Assembly: GCF_001017655.1 (NCBI RefSeq)
Contig: NZ_CP010904.1
Span: 900,001-932,000 of the forward strand
Length of the DNA stretch: 32,000 bases
Source of the DNA: Kiritimatiella glycovorans
Lineage (GTDB): Bacteria > Verrucomicrobiota > Kiritimatiellia > Kiritimatiellales > Kiritimatiellaceae
Reading direction: 5' to 3'
Shown here one piece after another: positions 9,016 to 17,449 of this stretch. Both the position numbers and the translations under genes were made by a program. Numbering within the stretch: position 1 is the stretch's first letter; each line of letters starts with the position of its first letter. The notes beneath the pieces are model-generated. The model ran no database searches and was not told where the DNA came from. It was given only the letters and a program-made list of their open reading frames with translations.

Positions 9016-10350
9016 TCAGCTTTCTTCGCTCGGTTCCCGCTTCGGCGGTTTGACGCGGAGGGAGGCGGCGAAAAGTGTTACGCAGACGGACAGGCAGACG
9101 AGCGCGGCGATGGTGTAGTTGCCGCTCCAGCGCTGGGAGAGGCTGAACAGCACCGGCCCCAGCGCGCTGCCGGCGACGACACAGCCCATGTTAAGGCCCG
9201 CGATGGCGCCGAGGTGGGTGCGGCCGAAGAGGCGCGGCCAGGTGACTCCGATCAGGACCCCGAAGACTCCGCCCATGATGCCGTTGCCGACGATCAGCAT
9301 GATCACGGGCCACCCGGGTTCGAGAATGGCCAGCGCCGCGGTGGAGAGGCCCAGACCGACTAGCTCCGCCCAGAGGATGTATTTCAGTTTCGTGTAGTCG
9401 CTCAGCCAGTTGACGACGAGTTCAAGGGTCAGGCCGATGGCCGCCCCCGGGAGAAAAATCATCATCGCCCGCCCGCGGTCCATGCCGGAGAGTTCGAAGA
9501 TATTGACGATATGAAACGACAGGGCCGTCATGTAGAAGGCGAACATGACCATGGTCAGGTTGAAGACCCAGAAGGCATAGGTTCGCCGCGCCTCGGGCAG
9601 CGTCCAGTCGCGGTCCGGATGCGTATCGGGCAGGTCCGAACGTTTCGGCCCGGTCAATCCCCCGTCCGGCTCCAGTCCGCACCGCTCCGGTGTGTCGCGG
9701 TAGAACAGCAGGATGAGCAGCGAGAGTCCGATCCCGATCAGGGCCCCCAGCAGGCCCCACGCGCCGCGCCAGCCCAGCCGCTGTATCCAGGCGTTAAAGA
9801 CGGGCGGCGAGGCGGGAAAGCCGAGGGCGACGCAGACCCCGATCAGCCCGTTCGCCAGACCTCGCCGGCGCTCGAACCATTTCATGACCATGCTGCGCGA
9901 TACGAGCGTCAGCACGCCCTGGCCCAGGAATCGCAGACCGAAGAAACCAAGCGTGAGCAGGGTCATCGAAATCAGCACGCGCCCCCGTCCGCCGAACAAC
10001 GCACCGACTGCGGCGGCGGCCTGGTCGACGAGGGTCAGCGCCCAGAGCACGAGTCCCATGGCGACTGCCGTCGCGAAACCGACCGGACGCGCCCCGTAGC
10101 GGTCGTAGATCTTCCCGGCGCGGGCGATCAGCAGCGCGCTGCCCATCGTGCCGAGAAAATAGGCCGTGCTCAGCTCCACGCGGTTCAATTCCAGCGCGTC
10201 CAGAAGCGGATCGGTAAACGCCGAAACGCCGATGGTCTGCCCGGGCACGCTGGCCAGTACGCCCAGGGCGCCCGCGGCCAGCACCACCCAGCCGTAAAAT
10301 ACGGGGCACTTCGCGGGGCGGAACGGAATGTCGTGTACAGGTCGCTTCAT
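9016..10350 (-). CDS. MFS transporter (substrate unknown)
   Basis: 444 aa and multi-pass hydrophobic throughout. MFS-like loop motif ARAGKIYDRYGARP after TM2. Convergent with the sugar porter. Confidence 0.75.
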   Translation of the reverse strand: MKRPVHDIPFRPAKCPVFYGWVVLAAGALGVLASVPGQTIGVSAFTDPLLDALELNRVELSTAYFLGTMGSALLIARAGKIYDRYGARPVGFATAVAMGLVLWALTLVDQAAAAVGALFGGRGRVLISMTLLTLGFFGLRFLGQGVLTLVSRSMVMKWFERRRGLANGLIGVCVALGFPASPPVFNAWIQRLGWRGAWGLLGALIGIGLSLLILLFYRDTPERCGLEPDGGLTGPKRSDLPDTHPDRDWTLPEARRTYAFWVFNLTMVMFAFYMTALSFHIVNIFELSGMDRGRAMMIFLPGAAIGLTLELVVNWLSDYTKLKYILWAELVGLGLSTAALAILEPGWPVIMLIVGNGIMGGVFGVLIGVTWPRLFGRTHLGAIAGLNMGCVVAGSALGPVLFSLSQRWSGNYTIAALVCLSVCVTLFAASLRVKPPKREPSEES

Positions 10351-10430
10351 CGAGGTGCCTTGCGTCAGAAAACAGGCCGGGCATCCTTCAGGCTTTCGGC
10401 CTCGATGTCCAGCGTTCTTCGCCGTCCGGG

Positions 10431-10527
10431 TCAGAGTCAGAATCAGAGTAAGAGAAGAGTTTCTTACTCAGGTTTCAGGTCTCAGGTCTCACACTCTCTC
10501 TTTCTCTTACTCTGATTCTGATTCCGA
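10431..10527. repeat. Palindromic intergenic element: 19-bp perfect inverted repeat of a hexamer-based motif flanking a 45-nt core
   Basis: CAGAATCAGAGTAAGAGAA (10438-10456) is the exact reverse complement of TTCTCTTACTCTGATTCTG (10502-10520). The arms are built of (A/G)(A/G)TCAG-type hexamers. The core 10461-10485 is an exact 25-nt reverse-complement match to 29138-29162. Confidence 0.85.
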
Positions 10528-10579
10528 CTCTACTCCCTCCCTCTTGACCCCGCATCGGCGGGTCCCTACACTCGCCGCC

Positions 10580-11059
10580 ATGAGCCATTCATCCTCAGCG
10601 CGGCCGGACTGGGACACGTATTTCATGGACATCTGTCACGTGGTTTCGAGCCGCGGGAACTGCATGCGCCGCAAGGTCGCCGCCCTTATCGTCTGCGACC
10701 GGCGCATCGTATCGACGGGCTATAACGGCACGCCGCGGGGGATCCGGAACTGTTTCGAGGGGGGCTGCCCGCGGTGTTCTTCCGAAGTCGGCTCCGGCGG
10801 TGGACTGGGCGAGTGCATCTGCGCGCACGCCGAAGAGAACGCCATCGTTCAGGCGGCCTGTCACGGTATCGCGGTGAAGGGGGGAACGCTGTACTCCATG
10901 CTCAATCCCTGCCTGCTCTGCACCAAGATGATCATCAATGCGGGGATCGTCGAGGTGGTGTACGAAGAGGAATATCATTTTACCGAACAGGCCCGTTCAC
11001 TGTTCGCGGAGGCGGGGGTGCAGTGCCGCCGATACCGGAGGACGCAAACAAAAGCCTGA
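10580..11059 (+). CDS. Deoxycytidylate (dCMP) deaminase, ComEB-type
   Basis: Start chosen at ATG 10580; the track ORF from 10328 reads through the repeat element. Zinc motifs CAHAEENA and PCLLCTKMI. N-terminal WDTYFMDICHVVSSR and the 159-aa size fit the family. Confidence 0.85.
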   Translation: MSHSSSARPDWDTYFMDICHVVSSRGNCMRRKVAALIVCDRRIVSTGYNGTPRGIRNCFEGGCPRCSSEVGSGGGLGECICAHAEENAIVQAACHGIAVKGGTLYSMLNPCLLCTKMIINAGIVEVVYEEEYHFTEQARSLFAEAGVQCRRYRRTQTKA

Positions 11060-11123
11060 CTTTTTTCACCTCGTCCGGCCCGTGTTCCTGTGCGATAAAC
11101 GCGGCTGCGGAGGGATGGCTGGG

Positions 11124-11324
11124 ATGAGACAAGTCCGAAAGTACTCGGGGACGCGGTCGGAAGGATGTCCGAAATGTACGGCCGCGGAGCGTTCCCGGCT
11201 TAAACGGCGCGGTGCGTGGACATGGCTGCCCTTTACCCGCCACTACCTGTGCCGCCGTTGTCACACCCGCTACGCCGTGATGGCGGGACGTCTACGCATC
11301 GTCCTGAACCGCGGCTTCGGTTGA
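11124..11324 (+). CDS. Small hypothetical zinc-ribbon protein (CxxC...CxxC)
   Basis: 66-aa reading frame MRQVRKYSGTRSEGCPKCTAAE..YLCRRCHTRY with two CxxC pairs. GGAGGG lies 9 nt upstream of ATG 11124. It fills the gap between the dCMP deaminase gene and the kinase gene. No family was recognised. Confidence 0.4.
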   Translation: MRQVRKYSGTRSEGCPKCTAAERSRLKRRGAWTWLPFTRHYLCRRCHTRYAVMAGRLRIVLNRGFG

Positions 11325-11339
11325 GAATGAGGAGCGAAC

Positions 11340-12359
11340 ATGGACCTGGCCCCTGATCGTGTGCGCGAAATGGTAACCGCCTTCCGCGGACGGCGTGTGC
11401 TGGCCGTGGGCGACCCGATGCTCGACCGTTTTGTCTACGGGTCCGTGGAACGCATATCGCCCGAAGCTCCGGTGCCGGTCGTCCGCGTCCGCGAAGAGCA
11501 CGACATGCCGGGCGGGGTCGGCAACGTCGGCGCCAATATCGCCTCGCTGGGCGGCGACGCGGTCGTCGCCGGTCTGGTCGGCTGCGACGCCGCGGCCCGC
11601 GACCTGCGCGAGGTGTTCCGCCGGTGGGATATCGCCGATGAACTGCTGGGGCTGGAAGGGGTGAGCACCGCCGTGAAATCGAGAGTGGTCGCCGAGCGGC
11701 AGCAGGTGGTCCGCGTCGACCGGGAGCGCCCTTTTGAACTCGACCGGGCGGGCTTCGAACGCTTCTGTGAACGGCTGCGGTTCGAGATGGACCGTGTTTC
11801 GGCGGTGATTCTCGAAGACTACGGCAAGGGTACGCTCGGGCAGGATGTCGTCGATTTTGTGCTGCGGGAAGCTTCGGAGCGGGGACTCCCCGCGGGGTAC
11901 GATCCCAGGGAGGGGCATTCTCTGAGGGTTGAGGGTCTGGCCCTGGCCACGCCGAACCGCGCGGAGGCTTTTTCGGCCGCCGCGATCCCGTGGTCGCCCC
12001 CCGCGGAGAATCCGCTGGAGGACGGGCCGCTCTGCGCGGCGGGTGAAAAGCTGCGTGAGCAATGGCGGACCGATCAGCTCTTCGTGACGCTGGGGCCGGG
12101 CGGCATGCTGGTGTTCGCCCGCGAGGGGGCGCCGCGCCACATTCCCACGATGGTGCGCGAGGTGTTCGACGTCAGCGGCGCCGGCGACACCGTGATGGCG
12201 GCGGCCATGCTGGCGATGATCTCCGGCGCCACGCCCGAAGAGACCGCGGAAATCGCCAACCTCGCGGCCGGGGTGGTGGTCGGAAAAATCGGGACCGCGC
12301 GCTGCGGACCCGAAGAACTGGTCGAATACGCGCGCTCGTGGCAGAGGGAGCAGGCATGA
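11340..12359 (+). CDS. hldA: D-glycero-beta-D-manno-heptose-7-phosphate kinase (RfaE domain I / PfkB family)
   Basis: 339 aa. N-terminal VLAVGDPMLDRFVYGSVERISPEAPVPVV and C-terminal DVSGAGDTVMAAAMLAMISGAT..AAGVVVGKIGTA are typical of the RfaE/HldE kinase domain. It lies upstream of the kds genes. Confidence 0.8.
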   Translation: MDLAPDRVREMVTAFRGRRVLAVGDPMLDRFVYGSVERISPEAPVPVVRVREEHDMPGGVGNVGANIASLGGDAVVAGLVGCDAAARDLREVFRRWDIADELLGLEGVSTAVKSRVVAERQQVVRVDRERPFELDRAGFERFCERLRFEMDRVSAVILEDYGKGTLGQDVVDFVLREASERGLPAGYDPREGHSLRVEGLALATPNRAEAFSAAAIPWSPPAENPLEDGPLCAAGEKLREQWRTDQLFVTLGPGGMLVFAREGAPRHIPTMVREVFDVSGAGDTVMAAAMLAMISGATPEETAEIANLAAGVVVGKIGTARCGPEELVEYARSWQREQA

Positions 12360-13114
12360 CCCGGGCGATCGGAGTCATCCCGGCCCGCTGGGCGTCGACC
12401 CGGTTCCCCGGCAAGGTGCTCGCTCCGGTGGCGGGCCGTCCGCTGCTCTACCACGTGCTCGACCGGGTACGCGCCGCCGGGCGGCTGGCGGGGGTGCGGG
12501 TGGCGACGGACGACGACCGGGTGCGCGAGGCGGTGGAGGCCTATGCGGACGGGGCGGTGCAGGCCGTCATGACCCGTCCCGGCCACCCCTCGGGCACCGA
12601 CCGCGTGGCGGAGGCCGTCGGATCCGAAGAGGCCGAAGTGATCGTGAATATTCAGGGCGATGAACCGCTGATCGAACCGGCGCTGATCGATCGTCTCGCC
12701 GCCGTGCTCACCGAAGAGCAGGGCTGGGACATGGCGACCGCGGCGTCCCCGATGTCCTCGGCGGACGAACGCATCCGGCAGCCTTCCGTGGTGAAAGTCG
12801 TCTGCGACGCCCGCGGCCGGGCGCTCTATTTCTCCCGGGCGGCGATCCCTCACGTGAGGGACGCCGACGAGTCCCTGCCGGAACCTCTCTACTGGCGGCA
12901 CATAGGCATTTACGCCTACCGCCGCCCGTTTCTCCTCCGGATGGTCGCGGAAGCGCCCGATGCACTGGAGCGGGCCGAAAAACTCGAGCAGCTCCGGGCG
13001 CTCCGCATGGGCGCCGCGATATGCGTGCTGCGCACGGAGGATTACGGCACCGGCGTCGACACCCCGGAGGATGTGGAGAGGGTGGAGAGGGTTCTGAATC
13101 AGAATCAGAGTTAG
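12356..13114 (+). CDS. kdsB: 3-deoxy-manno-octulosonate cytidylyltransferase (CMP-KDO synthetase)
   Basis: Start chosen at ATG 12356, which forms an ATGA overlap with the hldA stop. Motifs: IGVIPARWASTRFPGKVL, NIQGDEPLIEP, YWRHIGIYAYRR, LEQLRAL. The last six codons (LNQNQS) and the stop lie inside a hexamer repeat. Confidence 0.9.
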   Translation: MTRAIGVIPARWASTRFPGKVLAPVAGRPLLYHVLDRVRAAGRLAGVRVATDDDRVREAVEAYADGAVQAVMTRPGHPSGTDRVAEAVGSEEAEVIVNIQGDEPLIEPALIDRLAAVLTEEQGWDMATAASPMSSADERIRQPSVVKVVCDARGRALYFSRAAIPHVRDADESLPEPLYWRHIGIYAYRRPFLLRMVAEAPDALERAEKLEQLRALRMGAAICVLRTEDYGTGVDTPEDVERVERVLNQNQS

Positions 13115-13139
13115 AGTCAGAGTCAGAGTCAGAGTAAGA
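13097..13139. repeat. Hexanucleotide tandem tract (AATCAG AATCAG AGTTAG AGTCAG AGTCAG AGTCAG AGTAAG)
   Basis: Seven consecutive 6-nt units were read directly. The tract spans the kdsB stop codon (TAG 13112-13114). It shares TCAGAGTAAGA with the 10443-10454 arm of the palindromic element. Confidence 0.85.
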
Positions 13140-13264
13140 CAGGGGTACGGACGCGCCGGACGGCCTTCGGCTGTACAGCAGAATCCCTGCCCTCACGCGC
13201 TTTACCCCATCCCCTTTTCCCTTTTCATTCCGCGCCGGAGCCGTCAGGATGTCGCGCACGAATT

Positions 13265-14122
13265 ATGAATGACAGGGAGCAGAACGCAGGACGGAGCCGG
13301 ACGGTGAAGGTCGGCGAGGTCCGGATCGGCGGAAAGAATCCGCTGGTCATGGTGGCGGGGCCTTGCGTGATCGAGAGCCGGGAGATGTGTCTCGATCTCG
13401 CCCGCGCGCTGCGGCGTCTGTCCCGGCGCCTGGATATCCCCTTCATCTTCAAGGCCTCTTACGACAAGGCCAATCGCACGTCCCTCCGGTCCTATCGCGG
13501 GCCGGGGCTCGCGGAGGGGCTCGAGATTCTGTCCGAGGTCCGCGAGCGGGTCGGCGTGCCCGTGGTGACGGACGTACACAGCGAGCAGGAGGTCCCCGCG
13601 GCGGCGCGGGCGGTCGACATGATCCAGATCCCCGCATTTCTCTGCCGGCAGACGGACCTCCTGATGGCCGCGGGCGAGAGCGGATGCGCCGTAAACGTCA
13701 AGAAGGGGCAGTTCATGGCGCCGTGGGACATGGCGCATGTGGTCGAAAAAGTGCGCTCGAGCGGCAACCGCAGGATTCTGCTGACCGAGCGCGGCGCCAG
13801 CTTCGGCTACAATGCGCTGGTCGCGGACATGCGCAGTCTGCCGATCCTGCGGCGGACCGGCTGCCCGGTGGTGTTCGACTGCACGCACAGCGTTCAGGCG
13901 CCGGGCGGAGCCGGGAGCGCGACCGGCGGGGACCGCCGCTGGGCCCCCGTGCTGGCCCGCGGCGCCGTGGCCGGCGGGTTCTGCGATGCGGTATTCATGG
14001 AGACCCACCGCAGGCCGGAACAGGCGCTTTCGGACGCGGCGAACAGTATTCCGCTGAACGAGTTGAGCAGGCTGTGGCGACAACTGAAAGTGATTCGCGA
14101 TGCGCTCGCTGCGGTACGATAA
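13265..14122 (+). CDS. kdsA: 2-dehydro-3-deoxyphosphooctonate aldolase (KDO-8-phosphate synthase)
   Basis: 285 aa. Motifs: PLVMVAGPCVIES, IFKASYDKANRTS, VVTDVH, IQIPAFLCRQTDL, NVKKGQF, VVFDCTHSVQ. Confidence 0.92.
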   Translation: MNDREQNAGRSRTVKVGEVRIGGKNPLVMVAGPCVIESREMCLDLARALRRLSRRLDIPFIFKASYDKANRTSLRSYRGPGLAEGLEILSEVRERVGVPVVTDVHSEQEVPAAARAVDMIQIPAFLCRQTDLLMAAGESGCAVNVKKGQFMAPWDMAHVVEKVRSSGNRRILLTERGASFGYNALVADMRSLPILRRTGCPVVFDCTHSVQAPGGAGSATGGDRRWAPVLARGAVAGGFCDAVFMETHRRPEQALSDAANSIPLNELSRLWRQLKVIRDALAAVR

Positions 14123-14579
14123 TCTCGCATGGTTCTTAGCTCTGCTGTTGATCCCCGCGGCGTGCTGCTCGGCTGCGAAAGGGGAGGGGGACGGCGAACC
14201 CGCGGTCGAGCCGGGGCTCGAGATCAGCGGCTTCCGCGCGCCGGAGTATGGTGACGACGGCGAGATGCTCTCTCAGATCTTTGGCGATCACGCCAGGATG
14301 CTGGGCGAGGGCATGGTCGAGATCCGGGGTCTGCGCATCGAATTCTATCGTGGCGGGGGCACGGCCGCCGTGGTGGAGGCCCCCCACTGCCGGTATGACC
14401 GCGACCGCGAGCGCGCCTTTTCGGACGGCCGGGTGCGGATCGAACTGCCGGACGCGGTGATCCGCGGCACCCGGTTCGTGTTTGAGCGTGAGACCCGCCG
14501 CTTCCGCATCACGGACGGCGCGCGCGTGACCCTGAACCAGGAGCGCCTGGGATTGAACGGAGGGAAGACATCGGAATGA
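14100..14579 (+). CDS. lptC: LptC-like LPS export component (membrane-anchored or lipoprotein)
   Basis: 159 aa with N-terminal anchor WFLALLLIPAACCSA and a beta-rich remainder. It sits immediately upstream of lptA with an ATGA overlap, in the conserved kds-lptC-lptA-lptB order. The call rests mainly on context and size. Confidence 0.55.
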   Translation: MRSLRYDNLAWFLALLLIPAACCSAAKGEGDGEPAVEPGLEISGFRAPEYGDDGEMLSQIFGDHARMLGEGMVEIRGLRIEFYRGGGTAAVVEAPHCRYDRDRERAFSDGRVRIELPDAVIRGTRFVFERETRRFRITDGARVTLNQERLGLNGGKTSE

Positions 14580-15037
14580 AAAAGACGATCACGGGATTGT
14601 TTTTGGCGGCGCTGCTGGCGGGCGGAGTGCGGGCGGCCTCGACGGAGATCACGGCCGAGCGGCTGGATTTCAATTACGAGGAGCACCGCGCCGTCTTTCA
14701 GGACAACGTCCGCGTCGTGGACCCGGAAATGGAAATGACCTGCTCCACGCTTACCGTCCATTTCACGCCCGGGGGCGGAGTCAGGACCATTGAGGCCCGG
14801 GGCGAGGTCGAAATCGTGCAGGAAAACCGCAGGGCGGAGGCGGGACGCGTAACCTATGATGCGGAAAGCGGCGAATTCGTGCTGCGTGACGATCCGAAGG
14901 TGATGCGGGATCAGGACGTGCTGGAGGGCGAAGTGATTCGTTTCTGGCGGGACGAAAACCGCATGGTGTGCGAGTCGGGGGCCCGCCTGAAACTGTTCCT
15001 GGACCGGGACGATTCCGGGTTCGATCTGGACCGGTAG
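14576..15037 (+). CDS. lptA: LPS transport periplasmic protein LptA (OstA-like N domain)
   Basis: 153 aa with signal peptide MKKTITGLFLAALLAGGVRA. Repeating OstA-like beta-jellyroll pattern (AERLDFNYEEHRAVFQDNVRVV .. IEARGEVEIVQENRRAEAGRVTYD). Located directly upstream of lptB. Confidence 0.75.
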   Translation: MKKTITGLFLAALLAGGVRAASTEITAERLDFNYEEHRAVFQDNVRVVDPEMEMTCSTLTVHFTPGGGVRTIEARGEVEIVQENRRAEAGRVTYDAESGEFVLRDDPKVMRDQDVLEGEVIRFWRDENRMVCESGARLKLFLDRDDSGFDLDR

Positions 15038-15065
15038 GGCGGCGGAAGCTATACTGCGGAAGGTC

Positions 15066-15800
15066 ATGAGCGGAAACGACTATCTCGTCCAGACGGATGA
15101 TCTGGAAAAAAGTTACCGGCGAAAGCGCGTGGTCGATCACGTGTCGCTGACGGTGCGTCCGGGTGAGATCGTCGGACTCTTGGGGCCGAACGGCGCGGGC
15201 AAGACGACGACCTTTTACATGATCGTGGGCCTGATTCATCCGAACGGCGGGGACGTGCGCTTCCGCGGATCGAAGGTCACGAAAACCCCGATGTATCGCC
15301 GCGCGCGGCTGGGCATGGGGTACCTGGCCCAGGAACCCTCGATCTTCCGGCGGCTCACGGTCGCCCAGAACCTGATGGCCGTGCTCGAGATGCTTCCCAT
15401 CTCGAGGCGCGACCGCAGGGAGCGCCTGCGTTTCCTGCTGGAGGAACTGAACCTTACGCACCTCGCCGGACAGCGGGCCTACACGCTGAGCGGCGGTGAG
15501 CGGCGGCGGCTCGAAATCACCCGCGCGCTGGTGACCAATCCCTCGCTCATTCTGCTCGACGAGCCCTTCAGCGGCGTCGATCCGCTGGCCGTGTACGACG
15601 TGCAGGAGATCGTGAAGGGCTTGCGGGAGCGCGGACTCGGGGTGCTCATCACCGATCATAACGTGCGCGAGACGCTGGCGATCACGGATCGCGCCTACCT
15701 GATGTGCGAGGGGAAAGTGCTCCGGGAGGGCGACAGCGAATTTCTGATCAACGACGAAAAAAGCCGCGAGCTCTACCTGGGCCCGCGTTTCAGCATGTAG
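15066..15800 (+). CDS. lptB: LPS export ABC transporter ATP-binding protein LptB
   Basis: 244 aa. Walker A GPNGAGKTTTF, signature LSGGERRRLEI, Walker B LILLDEPFSGVDP, and the LptB-typical ITDHNVRETL. Confidence 0.92.
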   Translation: MSGNDYLVQTDDLEKSYRRKRVVDHVSLTVRPGEIVGLLGPNGAGKTTTFYMIVGLIHPNGGDVRFRGSKVTKTPMYRRARLGMGYLAQEPSIFRRLTVAQNLMAVLEMLPISRRDRRERLRFLLEELNLTHLAGQRAYTLSGGERRRLEITRALVTNPSLILLDEPFSGVDPLAVYDVQEIVKGLRERGLGVLITDHNVRETLAITDRAYLMCEGKVLREGDSEFLINDEKSRELYLGPRFSM

Positions 15801-15824
15801 ATCCAAACAGAAGGAGGACCGCCG

Positions 15825-16154
15825 ATGCAGATCAATGTGACCGGACGTCATGTCGATATCACGGACGCGATTCGTGATCATATCCACGGGAAAGTGCAGC
15901 ACGCCTTTGCCGATTTCCCGAAAACGGAAAACGTCCACGTCGTGCTCGACCTGGAGAAACACCGCCATTTCGCTGAAATCCAGGTTCAGGGCGCGCAGCA
16001 TGCGCGGATCGAGGGCAAAGCGGAATCGGACGACATGTACACGTCGATCGACGAGGCGATCGAGCGCGCGGAGAAACAGCTCAGGCGGCTGCGTGATAAG
16101 CGCAGAAGCCGGCATCCCGAAGGGCTGGGCGAGATGGAGGCGCACGGCGAATAG
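15825..16154 (+). CDS. hpf: Ribosome hibernation-promoting factor (short HPF/RaiA family)
   Basis: 109 aa. MQINVTGRHVDITDAIRDHI..KV and DMYTSIDEAIERAEKQLRRLRDK are typical of the sigma-54 modulation protein/HPF family. Confidence 0.88.
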   Translation: MQINVTGRHVDITDAIRDHIHGKVQHAFADFPKTENVHVVLDLEKHRHFAEIQVQGAQHARIEGKAESDDMYTSIDEAIERAEKQLRRLRDKRRSRHPEGLGEMEAHGE

Positions 16155-16200
16155 GGACGCTTTCCCTTTCCCCGCGCCGAGTTACTGCTAGAATGCCGCC

Positions 16201-17139
16201 ATGAATCTGAAGGTAAAAGAGTTATGGGAAGAGGCCCGCGAGCCGTTTTCGCTGGAGCTGGAAGCGGGCGGGGAGGGGTTCGATAACGAGATTCTCGAAC
16301 GCGCGATCAACCGCCCCGGCCTCGCACTCACCGGTTTCTTCCAGTACTTCGCGTTCCGCCGCCTGCAGGTGTTCGGCCTGGCTGAGTTCACCTACATGAA
16401 AAGTCTCGGCGGGCCGGAGCGGAACCGGCGTCTGCGCCAGTTCTGCCAGCGGCGCGTACCCGCCATTGTGCTCGCCCGCAACCGGCACGCGCCCGACGAG
16501 CTGCGGGCGCTCGCCGACGAGTTCAGGATCCCGGTCATGCGCACCCCGATGATCACCAGCCTCTTCATCAATGAATGCACGGTGCTGATCGAGGACCTGA
16601 CCGCACCCCGCCGCCGGGTGCAGGGTACGATGCTCGATATGATGGGCATCGGCGTGATGATCCGCGGCGCGGCGGGCATCGGCAAGAGCGAGACGGCCCT
16701 GACGCTGATCGAGCGCGGATACAGTCTCGTCTCGGACGATGTCACGGAATTGCGCCGGCTCGCCTCGGGGCGCCTGGTCGGTTCCGCCAGCGAACTCACC
16801 CGCTATCACATGGAAATCCGGGGGCTGGGCATCATTCATGTCCCCAGCCTGTACGGCGTCTCTTCGATCCGGGGCGAGTGCCCGCTCGATCTCGTCATCG
16901 ACCTCGTCAAGCCCGGCTCCGAAAAAGCGGGCCGGGGCGAAGAGAACGGCCCGGACGAGATCGAACTGCTCGAGGCAAGAGTTCCCAGGGTGGAACTCCC
17001 GGTGATGCCGGGACGGGACATGGCGAATATCGTGGAGGCCACCGCGCTGAACCAGAAACTCAAGTTCATGGGGCATGACGCCGCCAAGGAGCTGGACGAG
17101 AAGCTGGTCACTGCGCTTCAGAGGAGGAGCGTGCGCTGA
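16201..17139 (+). CDS. hprK: HPr kinase/phosphorylase
   Basis: 312 aa. P-loop GAAGIGKSETALTLIERGYSLVSDDV and the HprK signature IRGLGIIHV. Confidence 0.92.
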   Translation: MNLKVKELWEEAREPFSLELEAGGEGFDNEILERAINRPGLALTGFFQYFAFRRLQVFGLAEFTYMKSLGGPERNRRLRQFCQRRVPAIVLARNRHAPDELRALADEFRIPVMRTPMITSLFINECTVLIEDLTAPRRRVQGTMLDMMGIGVMIRGAAGIGKSETALTLIERGYSLVSDDVTELRRLASGRLVGSASELTRYHMEIRGLGIIHVPSLYGVSSIRGECPLDLVIDLVKPGSEKAGRGEENGPDEIELLEARVPRVELPVMPGRDMANIVEATALNQKLKFMGHDAAKELDEKLVTALQRRSVR

Positions 17140-17141
17140 CC

Positions 17142-17423
17142 ATGGGCGGAAACCGGAAAATCACCAGGGAACTTGAGGTCCGCAACCGGCTGGGCATCCA
17201 CGCGCGCCCCGCCGCGATGCTGGTGAAGACCGCCGCGAACTATGAGAGCGAGATCACGATCACGCATGCCGAAAACAGCGTCTCGGCCAAGAGTATCATG
17301 GGGGTGCTCACGCTGGAGGGATATCAGGGCGCAAGGTTTCAGCTCGTCGTGGAGGGGCCGGACGCGGAAGATGCGGTGGCGGCCGTCGAAGAGCTGTTCG
17401 CAAACGGTTTCTACGAGGACTGA
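17142..17423 (+). CDS. ptsH: Phosphocarrier protein HPr
   Basis: 93 aa. His-15 region RLGIHARPAA and Ser-46 region SAKSIMGVLTL are both present. Confidence 0.92.
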   Translation: MGGNRKITRELEVRNRLGIHARPAAMLVKTAANYESEITITHAENSVSAKSIMGVLTLEGYQGARFQLVVEGPDAEDAVAAVEELFANGFYED

Positions 17424-17449
17424 GCCAGGCGGACGAAGCGCGTTAAAAG

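Noticed and set aside
12708-13259. ORFs translating to Ser-Asp or Ser-rich repeats (..SYSDSDSDSNSDSDS.. at 12708-13259 minus; SYSGFRSQPSHS repeats at 28958-29326 minus; the 9511-10515 tail) that could be mistaken for SD-repeat surface proteins.
   Set aside because: The repetitive peptides are simply translations of the intergenic hexamer and 40-bp DNA repeats. The rest of each ORF is antisense to kdsB, recJ or the MFS gene and has no protein-like features.
13112-13267. kdsB and kdsA lie in the same reading frame and are separated by a single TAG with no other stop, suggesting programmed read-through or a split fusion gene.
   Set aside because: A 50-codon open stretch and a shared frame are each reasonably likely by chance in GC-rich sequence. 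kdsA has its own ATG and a normal N-terminus. No read-through context was recognised. It is kept only as a low-priority note under the hexamer finding.
15801-15824. Missing or degraded rpoN between lptB and hpf.
   Set aside because: The gap is only 24 nt and there is no frame remnant, so this is a true absence at this locus and not a pseudogene. It is reported as a synteny observation and not as a feature.
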